Assembly (NCBI GenBank): GCA_934157035.1
Contig: CAKPHG010000004.1
Coordinates: 53,594-117,593 of the forward strand
Reading direction: 5' to 3'
Source of the DNA: an uncultured Clostridia bacterium
Lineage (GTDB): Bacteria > Bacillota > Clostridia > TANB77 > CAG-508
DNA length: 64,000 bases
The notes under the pieces were generated by a model that made no database searches, was not told the origin of the DNA, and saw nothing but the letters and a program-made list of their open reading frames with translations. The number at the start of each line of letters is the position of its first letter. Position 1 is the stretch's first letter. Shown here in pieces: positions 1-12,225 of this stretch. The position numbers and the translations under genes are program-made.

Positions 1-1014
1 TTTAACAACAACTTCTGAGATTCCTACTGGTCCCATAAATTGATCTATTTTTACTTTTCCTGTAAATAACATTTTTAAATTATCAAATATTGAAAATAAA
101 AAGTCTTTTGTTTCAAAAAAAGCATAATATAAATTATTAGAGAAATTATTTTCAGCCTGTTTAAAATATATACCCAAATAATAATTATATTTCTTATCTG
201 GCTCAACCTTTATATTTATTTCTTCATTTCCTCTTTTTAAAGTAAAATCTAATGTTTCATTTTCTTCTTTATTAATTTCTTCTATAATTTCATTTTGATT
301 TTTTACTTCTTTTTGGTTTATTTTTAAAATCTCATCATTTGCTTTTATTCCTTGCTTTTCTGCATTACTTCCTAGCTCTATAGTTATTATTTTTGTGCTT
401 TCACCTGATGATTTTAAATATATTCCTGTACTTTTATATTCTTGTTTCGTTGGTGTTAATAATACATTTATTTCATTATTGTTTCTTTTTACTGTAAGCT
501 CTAATTCTTCTTTATTATAATTTTGCATTATTTTGTCTATATCTTTTTTTGTGTGGACTCTTTTATTATTAATTTTTATTATTTCATCTTCAGCTTGTAT
601 ACCTGCATTTTGAGCTGCATAATCATTTATTGTTTCTTTTACAATTAAAGATGTATTATTTCCTGTACACAATGTTAGCGTAAAATATATAATTATTGCA
701 AAAATAATATTTACTGAGGCTCCTGCTACTATTATCGCTATTCTTTTTGGAATGCTTGCCTCACTAAAAGAACCCTCTTTAGTTGAGTGTTCTTCTTCTC
801 CCTCTAAATTAACAAAACCTCCCAAAGGAATTAATCTTATTGAATATTTTGTTTGTTTTCCTTGCTTTTTCCATATAACCGGTCCAAAACCAATAGAAAA
901 TTCATTTACTGTTACTTTACATAGCCTTGCCACAAAAAAATGACCTGCCTCATGTATTAATACTAAAAAACCTAAAACAAATATTATTTTTAAAGCATTT
1001 ATAATAAAAATCAA
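1..1014 (-). CDS. rseP: RIP metalloprotease RseP (site-2 protease), partial; TTG start at 1014, 3' end beyond window
   Basis: Reverse-strand translation gives HEAGHF (HExxH in TM helix), PDZ-like middle, LIPLGGFV motif. AAGGAG RBS 7 nt upstream of TTG at 1014-1012. Position after cdsA is as expected, but the usual intervening dxr is missing (see findings). ORF track omits it because it runs off the edge. Confidence 0.8.
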   Translation of the reverse strand, partial: MIFIINALKIIFVLGFLVLIHEAGHFFVARLCKVTVNEFSIGFGPVIWKKQGKQTKYSIRLIPLGGFVNLEGEEEHSTKEGSFSEASIPKRIAIIVAGASVNIIFAIIIYFTLTLCTGNNTSLIVKETINDYAAQNAGIQAEDEIIKINNKRVHTKKDIDKIMQNYNKEELELTVKRNNNEINVLLTPTKQEYKSTGIYLKSSGESTKIITIELGSNAEKQGIKANDEILKINQKEVKNQNEIIEEINKEENETLDFTLKRGNEEINIKVEPDKKYNYYLGIYFKQAENNFSNNLYYAFFETKDFLFSIFDNLKMLFTGKVKIDQFMGPVGISEVVVK

Positions 1015-1029
1015 TTTAAAATCTCCTTT

Positions 1030-1839
1030 TTACAATAACATAAGCAAAAAGTATGCAAATGGAGCAATAAATATAACACTATCTATACGATCTAACATTC
1101 CTCCGTGACCAGGAATTAGATTACTAAAATCTTTTATTCCTGTATATCTTTTTATACTAGAAGCTGCTAAATCTCCCATTTGTCCTACTAAACTTAAAAC
1201 AATTCCTATTAATATTATATATAAATAATTAAAATTCATTCCTAGATATGTATTGCATATAAATGTATATATTAGCATTATAATAACTGCACCTATTGTT
1301 CCTGCTATACTACCTTCTATACTTTTATTTGGACTTATTTGTGTAAATTTGTGTTTTCCAAATTTCTTGCCTATTAAATATGCAAAAATATCTGTACCCC
1401 AAGCTGCAAAAAACACATACCAAATTAAAATTCTACCGTTTTGCATTTCGCGAATTACTGGAATATACATTAAAAATACTACAATATAGCATATTCCAAA
1501 GCAAGTAATTGCTATATCTTTTATGTTATATTTCATATTACTTGCTATTACTTGTGCAAACAATACCAAAATAGAAATTGGTATTAATGCTGCAATTACT
1601 TTTAGTACATATTCAGATGGAATTATATGTATACACGCTATTGATAATGCACATATATATGCCATCCATCTTAAATCTTTATTTTTATTTTGTTCCTTAA
1701 AACTATGAAAATATTCATGTAATGCCATAATAGCAATTAAGCTGACTACTATATCTACTAAATATTTATTTCCAAATATCAAAATTATTGCTACTAATGG
1801 AAATCCAATTAATGCTGATGCTAATCTTTTAAAATCCAT
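1030..1839 (-). CDS. cdsA: phosphatidate cytidylyltransferase
   Basis: 269 aa polytopic protein with the CdsA C-terminal signature (GHGGMLDRIDS); conserved uppS-cdsA synteny. Confidence 0.88.
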   Translation of the reverse strand: MDFKRLASALIGFPLVAIILIFGNKYLVDIVVSLIAIMALHEYFHSFKEQNKNKDLRWMAYICALSIACIHIIPSEYVLKVIAALIPISILVLFAQVIASNMKYNIKDIAITCFGICYIVVFLMYIPVIREMQNGRILIWYVFFAAWGTDIFAYLIGKKFGKHKFTQISPNKSIEGSIAGTIGAVIIMLIYTFICNTYLGMNFNYLYIILIGIVLSLVGQMGDLAASSIKRYTGIKDFSNLIPGHGGMLDRIDSVIFIAPFAYFLLMLL

Positions 1840-1851
1840 AAATAATCCTTT

Positions 1852-2559
1852 CTATTGTGCTCCAAATTTTCTATTTCTCTTTTGATAAATTTCTATTGCT
1901 TCGTCTAAGTCTTTTTCTTCAAAGTCTGGCCAGTTCTTTTCTACAAATACAAATTCTGAATATACTATTTGCCATGGTAAGAAGTTACTTATTCTTAATT
2001 CTCCGCTTGTTCTAATTAGTAAGTCTGGATCTGGTTGACCTGCTGTATATAAATTGTCTGATATTAGTTGTTCGTTAATATCTTCTACTTTTATTTTTCC
2101 TTCTTTTACTTGCTCTGATATTATCTTTACCGCTTTTACAATTTCGTCTCTTCCACCGTAATTTAATGCAATATTAAATGTTACTCCCGTATTATTTTTG
2201 GTTCGTTCCATACATTTATTAATACTTTTTTGCATTCCTTCTGGTAGTGCTGAAATATCTCCTAGCACTTTTACTTTTATGTTTTCTGTATCTGCACGTT
2301 TACTATACTCATCTAAGTAATTTTGAAGTAATAGCATAAGTGCTCCTACCTCATCTGAAGTTCTTTTCCAATTTTCTGTTGAAAATGCATACACTGTGAT
2401 ATAACCTAATCCTATTTTATTTGCATAACGTACAATTTTTTCTAAAGTTTTTGCCCCTTCTTTATGTCCTAACTTAGGGTCTAAACCTTTTTTCTTCGCC
2501 CATCTTCTATTTCCATCCATTATAATTGCAATATGCTTTGGCATTTTTTCTTTTTCCAT
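1852..2559 (-). CDS. uppS: undecaprenyl diphosphate synthase
   Basis: HIAIIMDGNRRWA and NIALNYGGR motifs typical of cis-prenyltransferase UppS. Confidence 0.9.
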   Translation of the reverse strand: MEKEKMPKHIAIIMDGNRRWAKKKGLDPKLGHKEGAKTLEKIVRYANKIGLGYITVYAFSTENWKRTSDEVGALMLLLQNYLDEYSKRADTENIKVKVLGDISALPEGMQKSINKCMERTKNNTGVTFNIALNYGGRDEIVKAVKIISEQVKEGKIKVEDINEQLISDNLYTAGQPDPDLLIRTSGELRISNFLPWQIVYSEFVFVEKNWPDFEEKDLDEAIEIYQKRNRKFGAQ

Positions 2560-2671
2560 CTTTTTTCACCTATCTTATTTATCTTGTTTTAATTTTTGTC
2601 GGGGACGCATCTTTTTCTGTGGTAAATTCTTTAATGCTAAGATACTTTCCACGCTGGGTGTTTCTATTATT

Positions 2672-3220
2672 TTATATTGTCATTATTTCTTTTTCTTTTG
2701 AGTCTGTTAATTTGTCTATTTCTTCTACATATTTGTCTGTTAATTTTTGAATTTGGTCTTCTGCTTGTTTTAAATCGTCTTCTGTTATTAATGAATCTTT
2801 TTGTTGCTTCTTAAATTCGTCTAGTCCATCTCTTCTTACTTGTCTTACTGCGACTTTTGCTTCTTCTCCCATTTTCTTTATGTCTTTTACTAAATCTCTT
2901 CTTCTTTCTTCATTTAGTTCTGGAAAATTTAATCTTATTACTTTACCATCATTGTTTGGTGTTATTCCTATATCTGAAGCTAATATTGCTCTTTCTATTT
3001 CTTTTAATACACTTATATCCCATGGTTGAATAACAATTAATCTAGCTTCTGGAACTGATATTCCTGCTACTTGGTTAATTGGTGTTGCTGTTCCATAATA
3101 TTCAACACTAATTTTATTTAATATTGCAGGGTTTGCTCTACCTGCTCTTATTTCTGATAAACTTTCTTCATAAACACTTATTGTTTTTTTCATTCTTTCT
3201 TCAATATTTGTATAATCCAT
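2672..3220 (-). CDS. frr: ribosome recycling factor
   Basis: 182 aa, RRF-like sequence throughout; synteny with pyrH/uppS. Confidence 0.9.
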   Translation of the reverse strand: MDYTNIEERMKKTISVYEESLSEIRAGRANPAILNKISVEYYGTATPINQVAGISVPEARLIVIQPWDISVLKEIERAILASDIGITPNNDGKVIRLNFPELNEERRRDLVKDIKKMGEEAKVAVRQVRRDGLDEFKKQQKDSLITEDDLKQAEDQIQKLTDKYVEEIDKLTDSKEKEIMTI

Positions 3221-3240
3221 TTTTCTTTTCTCCTTTTAAT

Positions 3241-4260
3241 TTATTTTTTATTTTTATATAATAATGTTATATCTGCCACACAAGCTGTTGCTATAGCCAC
3301 AATTGAATATACCATTATTTTTGCATTTTTTGACAGTCCCATCATTATTGTAAGTAATACTACTATGACTGAGACAAATATAATGAAACCTACTAAAAAA
3401 TTTCTAATTACTTTTTTTATTAATTCTTTATTGTTTTTTGATATTTCATTATTTATAAATGTTTCTTTTGCTAAAGTATTTATATGTAATGCCATAGAAT
3501 TAGCAAATTCTTTATTTAAGACTACTTCTTTCATTGAATTTTTAGTAGTTAAATATTCTTTATTTTCAATTTTCATTTTATATTTTTCAATGTTATATTT
3601 TAATATTCTTCCTTTATATGTATAACAATTTGCATTTATTAATAATGTACACAATGTTACTTTTTCTAATATATAAATTAGAACATATATTGGCGAAATA
3701 TCTAGAATTGCTGGTGCTCCTAATATGCTTATTAATAATACTAAAATGCAAGATATTATTATACATAATTTGGTTTCCTTTTGTAATTTGTTTTGTTTTG
3801 TTAAATCTATTATATCTTCTTCTGCAAGTTTTTCATTTAAAACTTTTTCTATTTCATTATTTTGAACATTGTAAACTTGAAATGTATTATTAATTTTTTC
3901 TTCTAATTCTTTTTTGGTAATCTCTTGTTTATTTGAAAATAAAAATTTCAATACTATTACTTCATATTTTTTTAATTCTTTTAAACCCTTTTCAATGTTT
4001 TGCTTAATAACATAATCGTATTTTTCTATATTTTCTTTATTATACTCTATTGTAATATATCCTTTTATGTTTAATTCTATAATTTCTGATAGAATTAAAT
4101 CAAAACTGCTACTAAGTCCTACATCATTTATATATCCTATAACCATTGAATCTTGTTCTTCTATACTCTTTATTTCACCAGTTATATTTTTAGGTTCTTT
4201 GTAATACTTTAAATACACATATACTATTATTAATATGTTTATTAATATTAAAACTATCAT
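3241..4260 (-). CDS. hypothetical Lys/Glu-rich membrane protein (3 predicted TM segments) inserted between pyrH and frr
   Basis: 339-aa ORF with N-terminal, central and C-terminal hydrophobic segments; no recognisable family; tightly packed between pyrH stop and frr start. Confidence 0.5.
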   Translation of the reverse strand: MIVLILINILIIVYVYLKYYKEPKNITGEIKSIEEQDSMVIGYINDVGLSSSFDLILSEIIELNIKGYITIEYNKENIEKYDYVIKQNIEKGLKELKKYEVIVLKFLFSNKQEITKKELEEKINNTFQVYNVQNNEIEKVLNEKLAEEDIIDLTKQNKLQKETKLCIIISCILVLLISILGAPAILDISPIYVLIYILEKVTLCTLLINANCYTYKGRILKYNIEKYKMKIENKEYLTTKNSMKEVVLNKEFANSMALHINTLAKETFINNEISKNNKELIKKVIRNFLVGFIIFVSVIVVLLTIMMGLSKNAKIMVYSIVAIATACVADITLLYKNKK

Positions 4261-4269
4261 CTTTCTTCC

Positions 4270-4977
4270 TTATTTTACTACTGTTCCTATTTTTTCACCC
4301 TTTACAATTCTAACCATGTTTTCTGGTTCATCTATTCCAAATACTATTAATGGTATTTGATTATCCTTGCAAAGTGATGTAGCTGTAGAATCCATAACTT
4401 TTAAATCTTTGTTTAATATATCTAAGTATGTTATTTCATCATATTTAGTTGCATTTTTATCAACTTTTGGATCTGCAGAATATACTCCGTCTATTGTTTT
4501 AGCAAGAAGTATTACTTCTGCTTCTATTTCTGCTGAACGAAGTGCTGCTGCTGTATCTGTTGTAAAGAATGGGTTTCCTGTTCCACAAGAGAATATAACA
4601 ACTCTTCCTTTTTCTAAATGTGTAGTTGCTCTTCTTCTAATGTATGGTTCTGCAATTTGTCTCATTTCTATTGCCGTTTGAAGTCTCGTTTTTAAGCCTC
4701 TTGCTTCTAATGAGTCCTGAAGTGCTAATCCATTCATTGTTGTTGCAAGCATTCCCATATAGTCTGATGTTGTTCTTTCCATTTGATGTCCATATCTTCC
4801 TCTCCAAAAGTTTCCGCCACCTACAACTATTGCAACTTCTACTCCTAAGTCTACCATTTCTTTAATATTATCACATATTCTTCCTAAAGTAATGGCATCT
4901 ACTCCTCTTCCTTCTTTACCTCCGATTGCTTCTCCACTAAGTTTTAATAGTACCCTTTTATACTTTGTTTCAGGCAT
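4270..4977 (-). CDS. pyrH: UMP kinase
   Basis: [12 protein letters not shown]-terminus and aspartokinase-fold UMPK motifs. Confidence 0.92.
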   Translation of the reverse strand: MPETKYKRVLLKLSGEAIGGKEGRGVDAITLGRICDNIKEMVDLGVEVAIVVGGGNFWRGRYGHQMERTTSDYMGMLATTMNGLALQDSLEARGLKTRLQTAIEMRQIAEPYIRRRATTHLEKGRVVIFSCGTGNPFFTTDTAAALRSAEIEAEVILLAKTIDGVYSADPKVDKNATKYDEITYLDILNKDLKVMDSTATSLCKDNQIPLIVFGIDEPENMVRIVKGEKIGTVVK

Positions 4978-5080
4978 ATATTAAATCCTCCTTTATGCAT
5001 TTTATCTCGTAACACATTCTATCATAAGGTACTAAAAAAAAGAAGTATTTTTACTAATTTTTTTAATTTTTTTGCTACTA

Positions 5081-5131
5081 AAAATCCAGGTTATAATAAG
5101 TATTATTTTTTCTTATTATAATCTGGATTTT
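5081..5131. terminator. long near-perfect hairpin (20-bp stem, one G.U) downstream of the pilin-like gene
   Basis: AAAATCCAGGTTATAATAAG-tattatttttt-CTTATTATAATCTGGATTTT seen directly; no clean U-tract, so the terminator role is inferred. Confidence 0.45.
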
Positions 5132-5138
5132 ATAATTA

Positions 5139-5879
5139 TTATTCAACTCCACATATTGCTAAAAAAGTATAACATTCATAATATGATTTTCCTTCTTCTG
5201 AACCTACTCTTGTCATTGTTGATGTTATAACATCTTCTTCTTTAAGTTCTACTAATGACCCACTTGTTATGGTTTCTCCATTTAAGGTTAGAGTATATGT
5301 GTTTTTTCCTCCATTACTTGATTCTGTATGGTTATATGTTGTTTTTCCATAATAGTATGCATATACATACGCAGGTCCAGTGTATGTGCTTTCATAAGTT
5401 AATGTAGCTGTTGTTTTTGTTCCTGAATAACTTTCTTTTCTATTATAATTACAAAATAGCATGGCTGGGTTAGTTCCTGTTCCTCCACCTGAACTACCAC
5501 CACTTGAACTGCCTGTTTTTATTTTTCTTATGTTGTCTGCCATAGTTTTAGTTGTATCCGTTTCTTGTGTTGGAACTCCTTTTTCTGTAATAGCTGTTGC
5601 TATTGCTTTTTTATGTGCTTGTAATTCTTCTTTCAACTCGCGTATTTTATCGTAAGCTAGTCCACCATTTACAGTATTTCCACCCATAAAATCATATAGT
5701 TCATTTATATCTTGTTCTTCGCCTTCCATAAAGTTTTCTGTGTTTTTCTTTGTATCTTTAGCTTTATTAAGTATTCCATTTTCTCCAACTGTCATATTAA
5801 TAGTAATTCCCGCAATAATTATTAACACAATTATTGTTATTACTAAACTTACAAGAGTTATACCACTTTCTCTTTTCAT
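5139..5879 (-). CDS. prepilin-type (class III signal) N-terminal domain protein, pilin/pseudopilin-like; Gly/Ser/Thr/Tyr-rich C-terminus
   Basis: N-terminus MKRESG|ITLVSLVITIIVLIIIAG resembles type IV pilin leader + hydrophobic helix, but lacks the conserved Glu+5. Confidence 0.4.
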   Translation of the reverse strand: MKRESGITLVSLVITIIVLIIIAGITINMTVGENGILNKAKDTKKNTENFMEGEEQDINELYDFMGGNTVNGGLAYDKIRELKEELQAHKKAIATAITEKGVPTQETDTTKTMADNIRKIKTGSSSGGSSGGGTGTNPAMLFCNYNRKESYSGTKTTATLTYESTYTGPAYVYAYYYGKTTYNHTESSNGGKNTYTLTLNGETITSGSLVELKEEDVITSTMTRVGSEEGKSYYECYTFLAICGVE

Positions 5880-5951
5880 ACACTTATCTCCTTATTCTTT
5901 TGTTTTTATAATTTTACCAACACTATTTTTAAAAGTCAATATTTTTTAAAG

Positions 5952-6977
5952 TTATTGAATAAACATTGCATCTCCAAAACTAAAGAAATGATATCTTTCT
6001 TCTACTGCATGTTTATAAGCACTCATTATATATTCTTTTCCTGCTAACGCTGAAACTAACATTATTAATGTTGATTCTGGTAAATGAAAATTAGTAATTA
6101 AGCAATCTATACATTTAAATTTATAGCCTGGATATATAAATATGCTAGTGTCTCCCTCTGTTTCTTTTACAAAACCATTCTCATCTGCTACTGATTCTAG
6201 TACCCTACAAGATGTTGTTCCTACTGCTATTATTCTTCCTCCATTTTTCTTTGTATTGTTTATTTTTTCTGCATCTTCGTGTTTTATATAATAATGTTCA
6301 CTATGCATATCATGTTCTTCTATATTTTCTACTTTTACTGGTCTAAATGTTCCTATTCCAACATGAAGTGTTACATTAGCAATCTCAACACCTTTTTCTT
6401 TTATTTTTTCCAATAGTTCTTCTGTAAAATGAAGTCCTGCTGTAGGTGCTGCTGCTGAACCTTCATATTTAGCATATACTGTTTGATATCTAGATTTATC
6501 TTCTAGCTTTTCTTTTATATATGGTGGAAGTGGCATTAAACCAATTTGATCTAATATTTCATTAAATATTCCATCGTACTCAAATTTTACCTTTCTATTT
6601 CCGCCTTCCATCATTTCTAAAATTTCTGCTTTAAGTAATCCATCACCAAAAATGACTTTTGTTCCTATTTTTAGTCTTCTTCCTGGATGTACCATTACCT
6701 CCCATATATCTCCTTCTATTCTTTTTAATAATAGAAATTCTATATGTACTCCAGTTTCTTCTTTTATTCCATATAATCTTGCTGGTATTACTTTAGTGTT
6801 ATTTCTAACTAAGCAATCTCCAGGTTGTAAGTAATCTAATATATCTTTAAATATTTTATCTTCTATTGTTTTATTTTTTCTATCTAATACCATTAATCTT
6901 GCTGCACTTCTATCTTTTATTGGTACTTGTGCAATTAACTCTTGTGGTAATTCATAATCAAAGTCTGATACTTTCAT
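5952..6977 (-). CDS. queA: S-adenosylmethionine:tRNA ribosyltransferase-isomerase
   Basis: [18 protein letters not shown]-terminus and full-length QueA-like sequence. Confidence 0.92.
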   Translation of the reverse strand: MKVSDFDYELPQELIAQVPIKDRSAARLMVLDRKNKTIEDKIFKDILDYLQPGDCLVRNNTKVIPARLYGIKEETGVHIEFLLLKRIEGDIWEVMVHPGRRLKIGTKVIFGDGLLKAEILEMMEGGNRKVKFEYDGIFNEILDQIGLMPLPPYIKEKLEDKSRYQTVYAKYEGSAAAPTAGLHFTEELLEKIKEKGVEIANVTLHVGIGTFRPVKVENIEEHDMHSEHYYIKHEDAEKINNTKKNGGRIIAVGTTSCRVLESVADENGFVKETEGDTSIFIYPGYKFKCIDCLITNFHLPESTLIMLVSALAGKEYIMSAYKHAVEERYHFFSFGDAMFIQ

Positions 6978-6990
6978 TTTTTTCTCCTTT

Positions 6991-8337
6991 TTATACTTTT
7001 ATATTTTCTTTATTTTCAAAAATTCTTTTAAATCTATTTATTATAATATTTATTTCTTCTATTATATTTTGTGGTTCTTGGAATGAATTTAATTTATGTG
7101 AATAACTAAAATTAGTTGTCTTAACTGGTTTTTCTTCAAATATTTCTTCTGGAAGTCCGATTTTTCCTGATTCAGTATTTATATTTTTATTCATATAATC
7201 TTCATACCACTCTTTTAAACCTATTAGTCTCTTATTTTCATATCCGTATTTTTCATTATCATGTAGTTCTGGTCGTTCATATTGATATTCTAATGCATTT
7301 CTTTCCAATGTATGTAAAAACTCATGAACAAATACCTCTTCCGGAAATGTATTTATTCTTGTATCATATTTATATACATAAGTATGGTCATCATCTGGAA
7401 GTCTTATGTTAGAAAGTCCTATGCCTCTATATTCCATAGACCCAAGACCTATCCAATCATTTATTTGTATTGCTCCTTTTTGATTTAAGTCACCCGTTCT
7501 AAATGCTATAAATATGTGATCATATTTTCCTTGTTTTATATATGTATCTAATACATACCTTACATTATATCCAGAAACATAATATCCATTTTCTTCATCG
7601 TATGTAAAATTTTGTATTGGCTCTTTTGTTTCTATTATATCATATTCTATTTTAATTTTTCCTTTACTCATTTCTTGCATCGAAGATTTAAATCTTCTCA
7701 TACATGTAGCAATATCATCTTTATCTATTGATGTTAATTGTAATTTAATATTTTTTCCATCAATATTTGTGTCTACATTATCAAATAAAACACATAGTAC
7801 TTTCCATTCATTCGAGTTTTCTGCAAGTCCTGATTCTATTGTAAAGTCTGAAAACCACGCTGTACCTATACAATTATCTTCATATCCTCCTAGTCTAAAT
7901 CCTAAATCTATTTTACTTTTATTTTTAGAATTAAAGTAAAATTCCACTTGTGTCCAATCTGTTGTACCAGTTACATTATCTGATTTTTCTAATCCGTCTT
8001 TTATGCATATATGTGCACCTGCATCTGTTTCTTCTTTTAAAGTTTTTACATCTTTTGTCTTTATTTTGCAAGTTACTTTGTATGGAGTGTTTGGAATGAC
8101 ATCAATTGTTTTGTAAAACATAGCATCATTGTAATTTTTGTTTTCTATCTTATAGCTATTATACTCTGAGCACTTTTCTTGACTATCTCTTTCGAAATTT
8201 GACAATCCTAGTTTATATTCTGCCTTTATATAATCGTTAAAATTATTTTTTTGATATATTTTAGTTCCAACTACTATTAATATTATTATAAAAATTGTTG
8301 ATATTATGTTTTTTATAAAATTGTTTTTCTTTTGCAT
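6991..8337 (-). CDS. secreted/anchored protein with C-terminal HExxH (HEFLH) zinc-metallopeptidase-like motif
   Basis: N-terminal signal-anchor, beta-rich middle, [12 protein letters not shown] motif; family not recognised. Confidence 0.5.
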   Translation of the reverse strand: MQKKNNFIKNIISTIFIIILIVVGTKIYQKNNFNDYIKAEYKLGLSNFERDSQEKCSEYNSYKIENKNYNDAMFYKTIDVIPNTPYKVTCKIKTKDVKTLKEETDAGAHICIKDGLEKSDNVTGTTDWTQVEFYFNSKNKSKIDLGFRLGGYEDNCIGTAWFSDFTIESGLAENSNEWKVLCVLFDNVDTNIDGKNIKLQLTSIDKDDIATCMRRFKSSMQEMSKGKIKIEYDIIETKEPIQNFTYDEENGYYVSGYNVRYVLDTYIKQGKYDHIFIAFRTGDLNQKGAIQINDWIGLGSMEYRGIGLSNIRLPDDDHTYVYKYDTRINTFPEEVFVHEFLHTLERNALEYQYERPELHDNEKYGYENKRLIGLKEWYEDYMNKNINTESGKIGLPEEIFEEKPVKTTNFSYSHKLNSFQEPQNIIEEINIIINRFKRIFENKENIKV

Positions 8338-8479
8338 TTTTTCCTCCGTTTATTTTTAAATCTTTATTATTATACCATGATACAATTCTTAAAACAATAT
8401 CTCTTTTAAAAAGAGAGTTCCTTATTTTTTATACTATAAGATTTTCGGACTATACCAACAGAATTTTCATATACATTAG

Positions 8480-8529
8480 CTAAAAAATAGGATAATTTAA
8501 CTTAGTATTGCTACTACCTAAATTATCCT
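8480..8529 (-). terminator. rho-independent terminator of ileS
   Basis: Hairpin AGGATAATTTA-19 nt-TAAATTATCCT followed (on minus strand) by a U-run. Confidence 0.65.
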
Positions 8530-8536
8530 TATTATT

Positions 8537-11500
8537 TTATACTTTTTCTACTTCTATTTGAAGCTTTTCACCATTTATTGATGTTTCTGTGTAATTATTT
8601 CTTTCTGCATTGTATATAATTTCGTTTGCTAAAGTATCTCTTTGAATTTGCTCTGCAAATTTTTTGATTACATTTTCTAACATTTCGTTTCCAGTAACAT
8701 AAAGGTTAATTCTATCTAGTACTTCAAATCCACTATCTTTTCTTATGTTTTGTACTTTAGATAAAATCTCTCTTACATAACCTTCTTCTTTAAGTTCTTC
8801 AGTAATTGTAGTTTCTAATACAACACCAATTTCACCTTCACCTGCAAATGCAAATCCTTCTTTACCTTGCATTGTAATTAAAAGATTTTCGCTATTTAAT
8901 GTTATTGTCTCTTCTCCTACTTTTATTACTTCTTCTTCACCTTTTTGAATTTTTAATGCAAGTTCCATTTGATTATGTTTTGCAATTTCTTCCTTAATTT
9001 GTGGTATTAGTTTTCCATAAGTTCTTCCTAATACTGGTAGATTTGGCTTAATTTCAAAATTAACATACTCTGACATTTGAGCTCCAAACTCTACTTTCTT
9101 AATATTCAACTCATCTTTTACTATATCTGCGTAATATTTTGGAAGAGTACTTACTGAAATTAACATTTCTGAAAGTGGTTGTCTATTTTTAATATTTGCA
9201 CTATTTCTTGCACTTCTTCCTAGTTTTACTATTGTATAAGCTAAATCCATTTCTTTTTCTAATTCTTTATCTATAGTACTTTCATCTACTTCTGGCCAAG
9301 TACATAGATGTATACTTTCTGGAGCATTTTTATCTAAGTTTACTACTAAGTTTTGATAAATTTCTTCTGTAATAAATGGTACAAATGGTGCACAAACTTT
9401 GGCTAAAGTAGTTAATACTTTATATAGTGTTATATATGCGCCTATTTTATCGTCTGTTAAAGTTTCACTCCAATATCTTTCTCTGTTTCTTCTTACATAC
9501 CAGTTAGATAAGTTGTCTGTAAATTCTTCTATTTCTATTGCAGCATTTGTTATATCATATTTATCTAATTTTTCTTCTATATCTCTTATTAATGTATTTA
9601 ATTTAGAAATTATCCATTTATCCATAACATTTTCTGATTTGAAATTTGCATATTCTAATGGATTGAATTTGTCTATTTCTGCATAAAGTACATAGAATGA
9701 ATAAACATTCCATAATGTAGATAAGAATTTTCTTTGTGTTTCTTCTACATCTTTTATAGAAAATCTTGTTGGTAGCCATGGTGCTGAAGATGTATAGAAA
9801 TGCCATCTTGTAGCATCTGCTCCTACTGAATTTAATACTTCAAATGGGTCTACAACATTTCCTAAATGTTTAGACATTTTTAAACCTTTGCTATCTAAAA
9901 CATGTCCTAATACTATACAATTTTCAAATGGGTTTGTGTCAAATATACATGTTGAAATTGCTAAAAGTGTATAGAACCATCCTCTAGTTTGGTCAACAGC
10001 CTCTGATATGAATTGAGCTGGGAAGTTTTTATCAAATAGTTCTTTATTTTCAAATGGGTAATGTAATTGTGCAAAAGGCATAGAGCCTGAATCAAACCAG
10101 CAATCTATAACTTCTTTTTCTCTTACCATTTCTCCACCACAATCTGGACATTTTAAGTGAATTGGATCTAAGTATGGTTTGTGTAATTCTACATTTTCTG
10201 GTACATTTATACCTTTTTCTTCTAATTCTTTTCTAGAACCTATACATTCCATGTGACCACATTCACAACGCCATACTGGTAGTGGTGTTCCCCAATATCT
10301 ATCTCTTGAAATACCCCAGTCTATAACATTCTCTAAGAATTTTCCAAAACGACCTGTTCTAATTGTATCTGGCATCCAGTTAATTTTGTTATTGTTTTCT
10401 AATAACTTGTCTCTAACTGCTGTCATTTTTACAAACCAGCTCTCTTTTGGATAATATAGAAGTGGTGTATCACATCTCCAACAATGTGGATAGCTATGTG
10501 TATGTTTAGCAGAGCTAAATAATTTATTTTGTTTAGCAAGCCAAATACATACATCTTTATCACAAGTTTTAACAAATCTCCCTGCCCATGGTTCAACCTC
10601 TGGTACGAATTTTCCTTCTTTATCTACTAAGTTTACAAAGGCAATACCATTTTGTTTTGAAACAAAGCTATCGTCTTCACCATAAGCTGGTGCAATATGA
10701 ACTATACCAGTACCATCTGTTAATGTTACATAGTCACCATGAATTACAACAAATGCTTTTCCTTCTGGTTTTGCAAATGGCATTAATTGTTCATATTTCA
10801 TTCCTAATAATTCAGAACCTTTTACTTCTTTTACTATTTCGTATGGAATATCTTTTAAAACTGCTCCGATTAAGTCTTTAGCTAAAATGTAAATTTCTTC
10901 TGTTCCTTCTTCTTGCATTTTTCCATCTATAACTGGTCTTTCAACTTTTACATAAGCATAAGTATATGCTTTATTTACGCAAAGTGCTAAGTTAGAAGGT
11001 AATGTCCATGGAGTTGTTGTCCATGCTAAGAAATAAACATTTTCCTCACCTACTACTTTAAATTTACATGTACATGTTAAATCTTGTACATCTTTGTAAC
11101 CTTGTGCAACTTCGTGTGAAGAAAGTGCTGTTCCACATCTTGGGCAATATGGCATAACTTTATGTCCTTGATATAAAAGACCTTTATCCCACATTTGTTT
11201 TAAAGCCCACCATTCAGATTCTATATAGTCATCATGATATGTAACGTATGGATGTTCCATGTCTACCCAATAACCAATTTGGTTTGTCATATCTTCCCAC
11301 ATAGAAACATATTTAAATACGCTGTCTTTACATTCACCTATGAATTTTTCAACACCATAATCTTCAATTTGTTGTTTTCCTGAAATACCAAGTTTTTTCT
11401 CCACTTCAAGTTCAACTGGAAGACCATGAGTATCCCAACCTGCTTTACGAATTACATTGTAACCCTTCATAACTTTATACCTTGGGATAATATCTTTCAT

Positions 11501-11716
11501 AACCCTTGTTAAAATATGACCAACGTGTGGCTTTCCATTAGCTGTTGGAGGTCCATCATAAAAAGTAAAATATCTTTTACCTTCGTTAATTGCAAAATTT
11601 TTATGGATAATATCTTTTTTATCCCATAAATCTTTTACTTCATGTTCCATTCCAACAAATCCATTTTCTTTAAGTTCAACTTTCTTGTACATCTTTCTTT
11701 TCTCCTTTCCGAACAC
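8537..11716 (-). CDS. ileS: isoleucyl-tRNA synthetase, type 2 (long, eukaryote-like form)
   Basis: 1059 aa; HIGH motif (PHVGHILT), KMSKS motif (KMSKHLGN), zinc-binding Cys clusters, class I editing domain. Confidence 0.95.
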   Translation of the reverse strand: MFGKEKRKMYKKVELKENGFVGMEHEVKDLWDKKDIIHKNFAINEGKRYFTFYDGPPTANGKPHVGHILTRVMKDIIPRYKVMKGYNVIRKAGWDTHGLPVELEVEKKLGISGKQQIEDYGVEKFIGECKDSVFKYVSMWEDMTNQIGYWVDMEHPYVTYHDDYIESEWWALKQMWDKGLLYQGHKVMPYCPRCGTALSSHEVAQGYKDVQDLTCTCKFKVVGEENVYFLAWTTTPWTLPSNLALCVNKAYTYAYVKVERPVIDGKMQEEGTEEIYILAKDLIGAVLKDIPYEIVKEVKGSELLGMKYEQLMPFAKPEGKAFVVIHGDYVTLTDGTGIVHIAPAYGEDDSFVSKQNGIAFVNLVDKEGKFVPEVEPWAGRFVKTCDKDVCIWLAKQNKLFSSAKHTHSYPHCWRCDTPLLYYPKESWFVKMTAVRDKLLENNNKINWMPDTIRTGRFGKFLENVIDWGISRDRYWGTPLPVWRCECGHMECIGSRKELEEKGINVPENVELHKPYLDPIHLKCPDCGGEMVREKEVIDCWFDSGSMPFAQLHYPFENKELFDKNFPAQFISEAVDQTRGWFYTLLAISTCIFDTNPFENCIVLGHVLDSKGLKMSKHLGNVVDPFEVLNSVGADATRWHFYTSSAPWLPTRFSIKDVEETQRKFLSTLWNVYSFYVLYAEIDKFNPLEYANFKSENVMDKWIISKLNTLIRDIEEKLDKYDITNAAIEIEEFTDNLSNWYVRRNRERYWSETLTDDKIGAYITLYKVLTTLAKVCAPFVPFITEEIYQNLVVNLDKNAPESIHLCTWPEVDESTIDKELEKEMDLAYTIVKLGRSARNSANIKNRQPLSEMLISVSTLPKYYADIVKDELNIKKVEFGAQMSEYVNFEIKPNLPVLGRTYGKLIPQIKEEIAKHNQMELALKIQKGEEEVIKVGEETITLNSENLLITMQGKEGFAFAGEGEIGVVLETTITEELKEEGYVREILSKVQNIRKDSGFEVLDRINLYVTGNEMLENVIKKFAEQIQRDTLANEIIYNAERNNYTETSINGEKLQIEVEKV

Positions 11717-11822
11717 CAGGGACGGTCCTTTTCGTTCCGTTTTCGGAACACATGGGACATTCCTTTATTTTTATTACATTAGTAATGTTTTCTTTTGGTG
11801 TTTTTATCACTTTTTTATACAT

Positions 11823-12089
11823 TTATTTTTTAAAATTTCCTGCTACGCTTTTTATATCTTGTAATTCGAATCTGTATTTTTGTGTAACATTTGGATATTT
11901 TTCGTGATCAACTTCTGATAAAAACATTTCTTTTTGTCTTACCCATAGGCTATTATCTTCGTATAGTCTTCTATATACAACCATTTCTTCTTTTGTTTCA
12001 GAATCTTTTGCAATGTCTTCTACTAAATAATAGTCTCCTTTAAAATGTTTGTATATTCCTTTTATTTTTAGTTCTTGCATTTTTCTCAC
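11823..12089 (-). CDS. DUF1653-family small protein
   Basis: 88 aa with [13 protein letters not shown]-like core typical of DUF1653; sits between the T-box leader and ileS. Confidence 0.65.
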   Translation of the reverse strand: MRKMQELKIKGIYKHFKGDYYLVEDIAKDSETKEEMVVYRRLYEDNSLWVRQKEMFLSEVDHEKYPNVTQKYRFELQDIKSVAGNFKK

Positions 12090-12100
12090 CTCTCTTTATG

Positions 12101-12214
12101 TGAGCCGAAGGGGACGTTTCTTTTCGGTTCATCTGTCCCTTTTGGTTCACTTCTATCGATTTTTTTGAACCGTTTGTACCAGATGAACCGAAAAGAAACG
12201 TCCCCTTCGGCTCA
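12101..12214. repeat. 35-bp perfect inverted repeat (arms 12101..12135 and 12180..12214, 44-nt spacer with its own GGTTC/GAACC hairpin)
   Basis: Seen directly: TGAGCCGAAGGGGACGTTTCTTTTCGGTTCATCTG and its exact reverse complement. A related CCGAA..GGGACGG..TTCGG hairpin lies at 11703..11760. Confidence 0.85.
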
Positions 12215-12225
12215 CAGGTCACACA

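Noticed and set aside
1253-1708. Plus-strand ORFs inside cdsA, and the many similar short plus-strand ORFs in the track (e.g. 9399..9686, 16019..16429, 42292..44475)
   Set aside because: Antisense to well-supported genes, low-complexity Leu/Phe/Ile-rich translations typical of AT-rich antisense frames.
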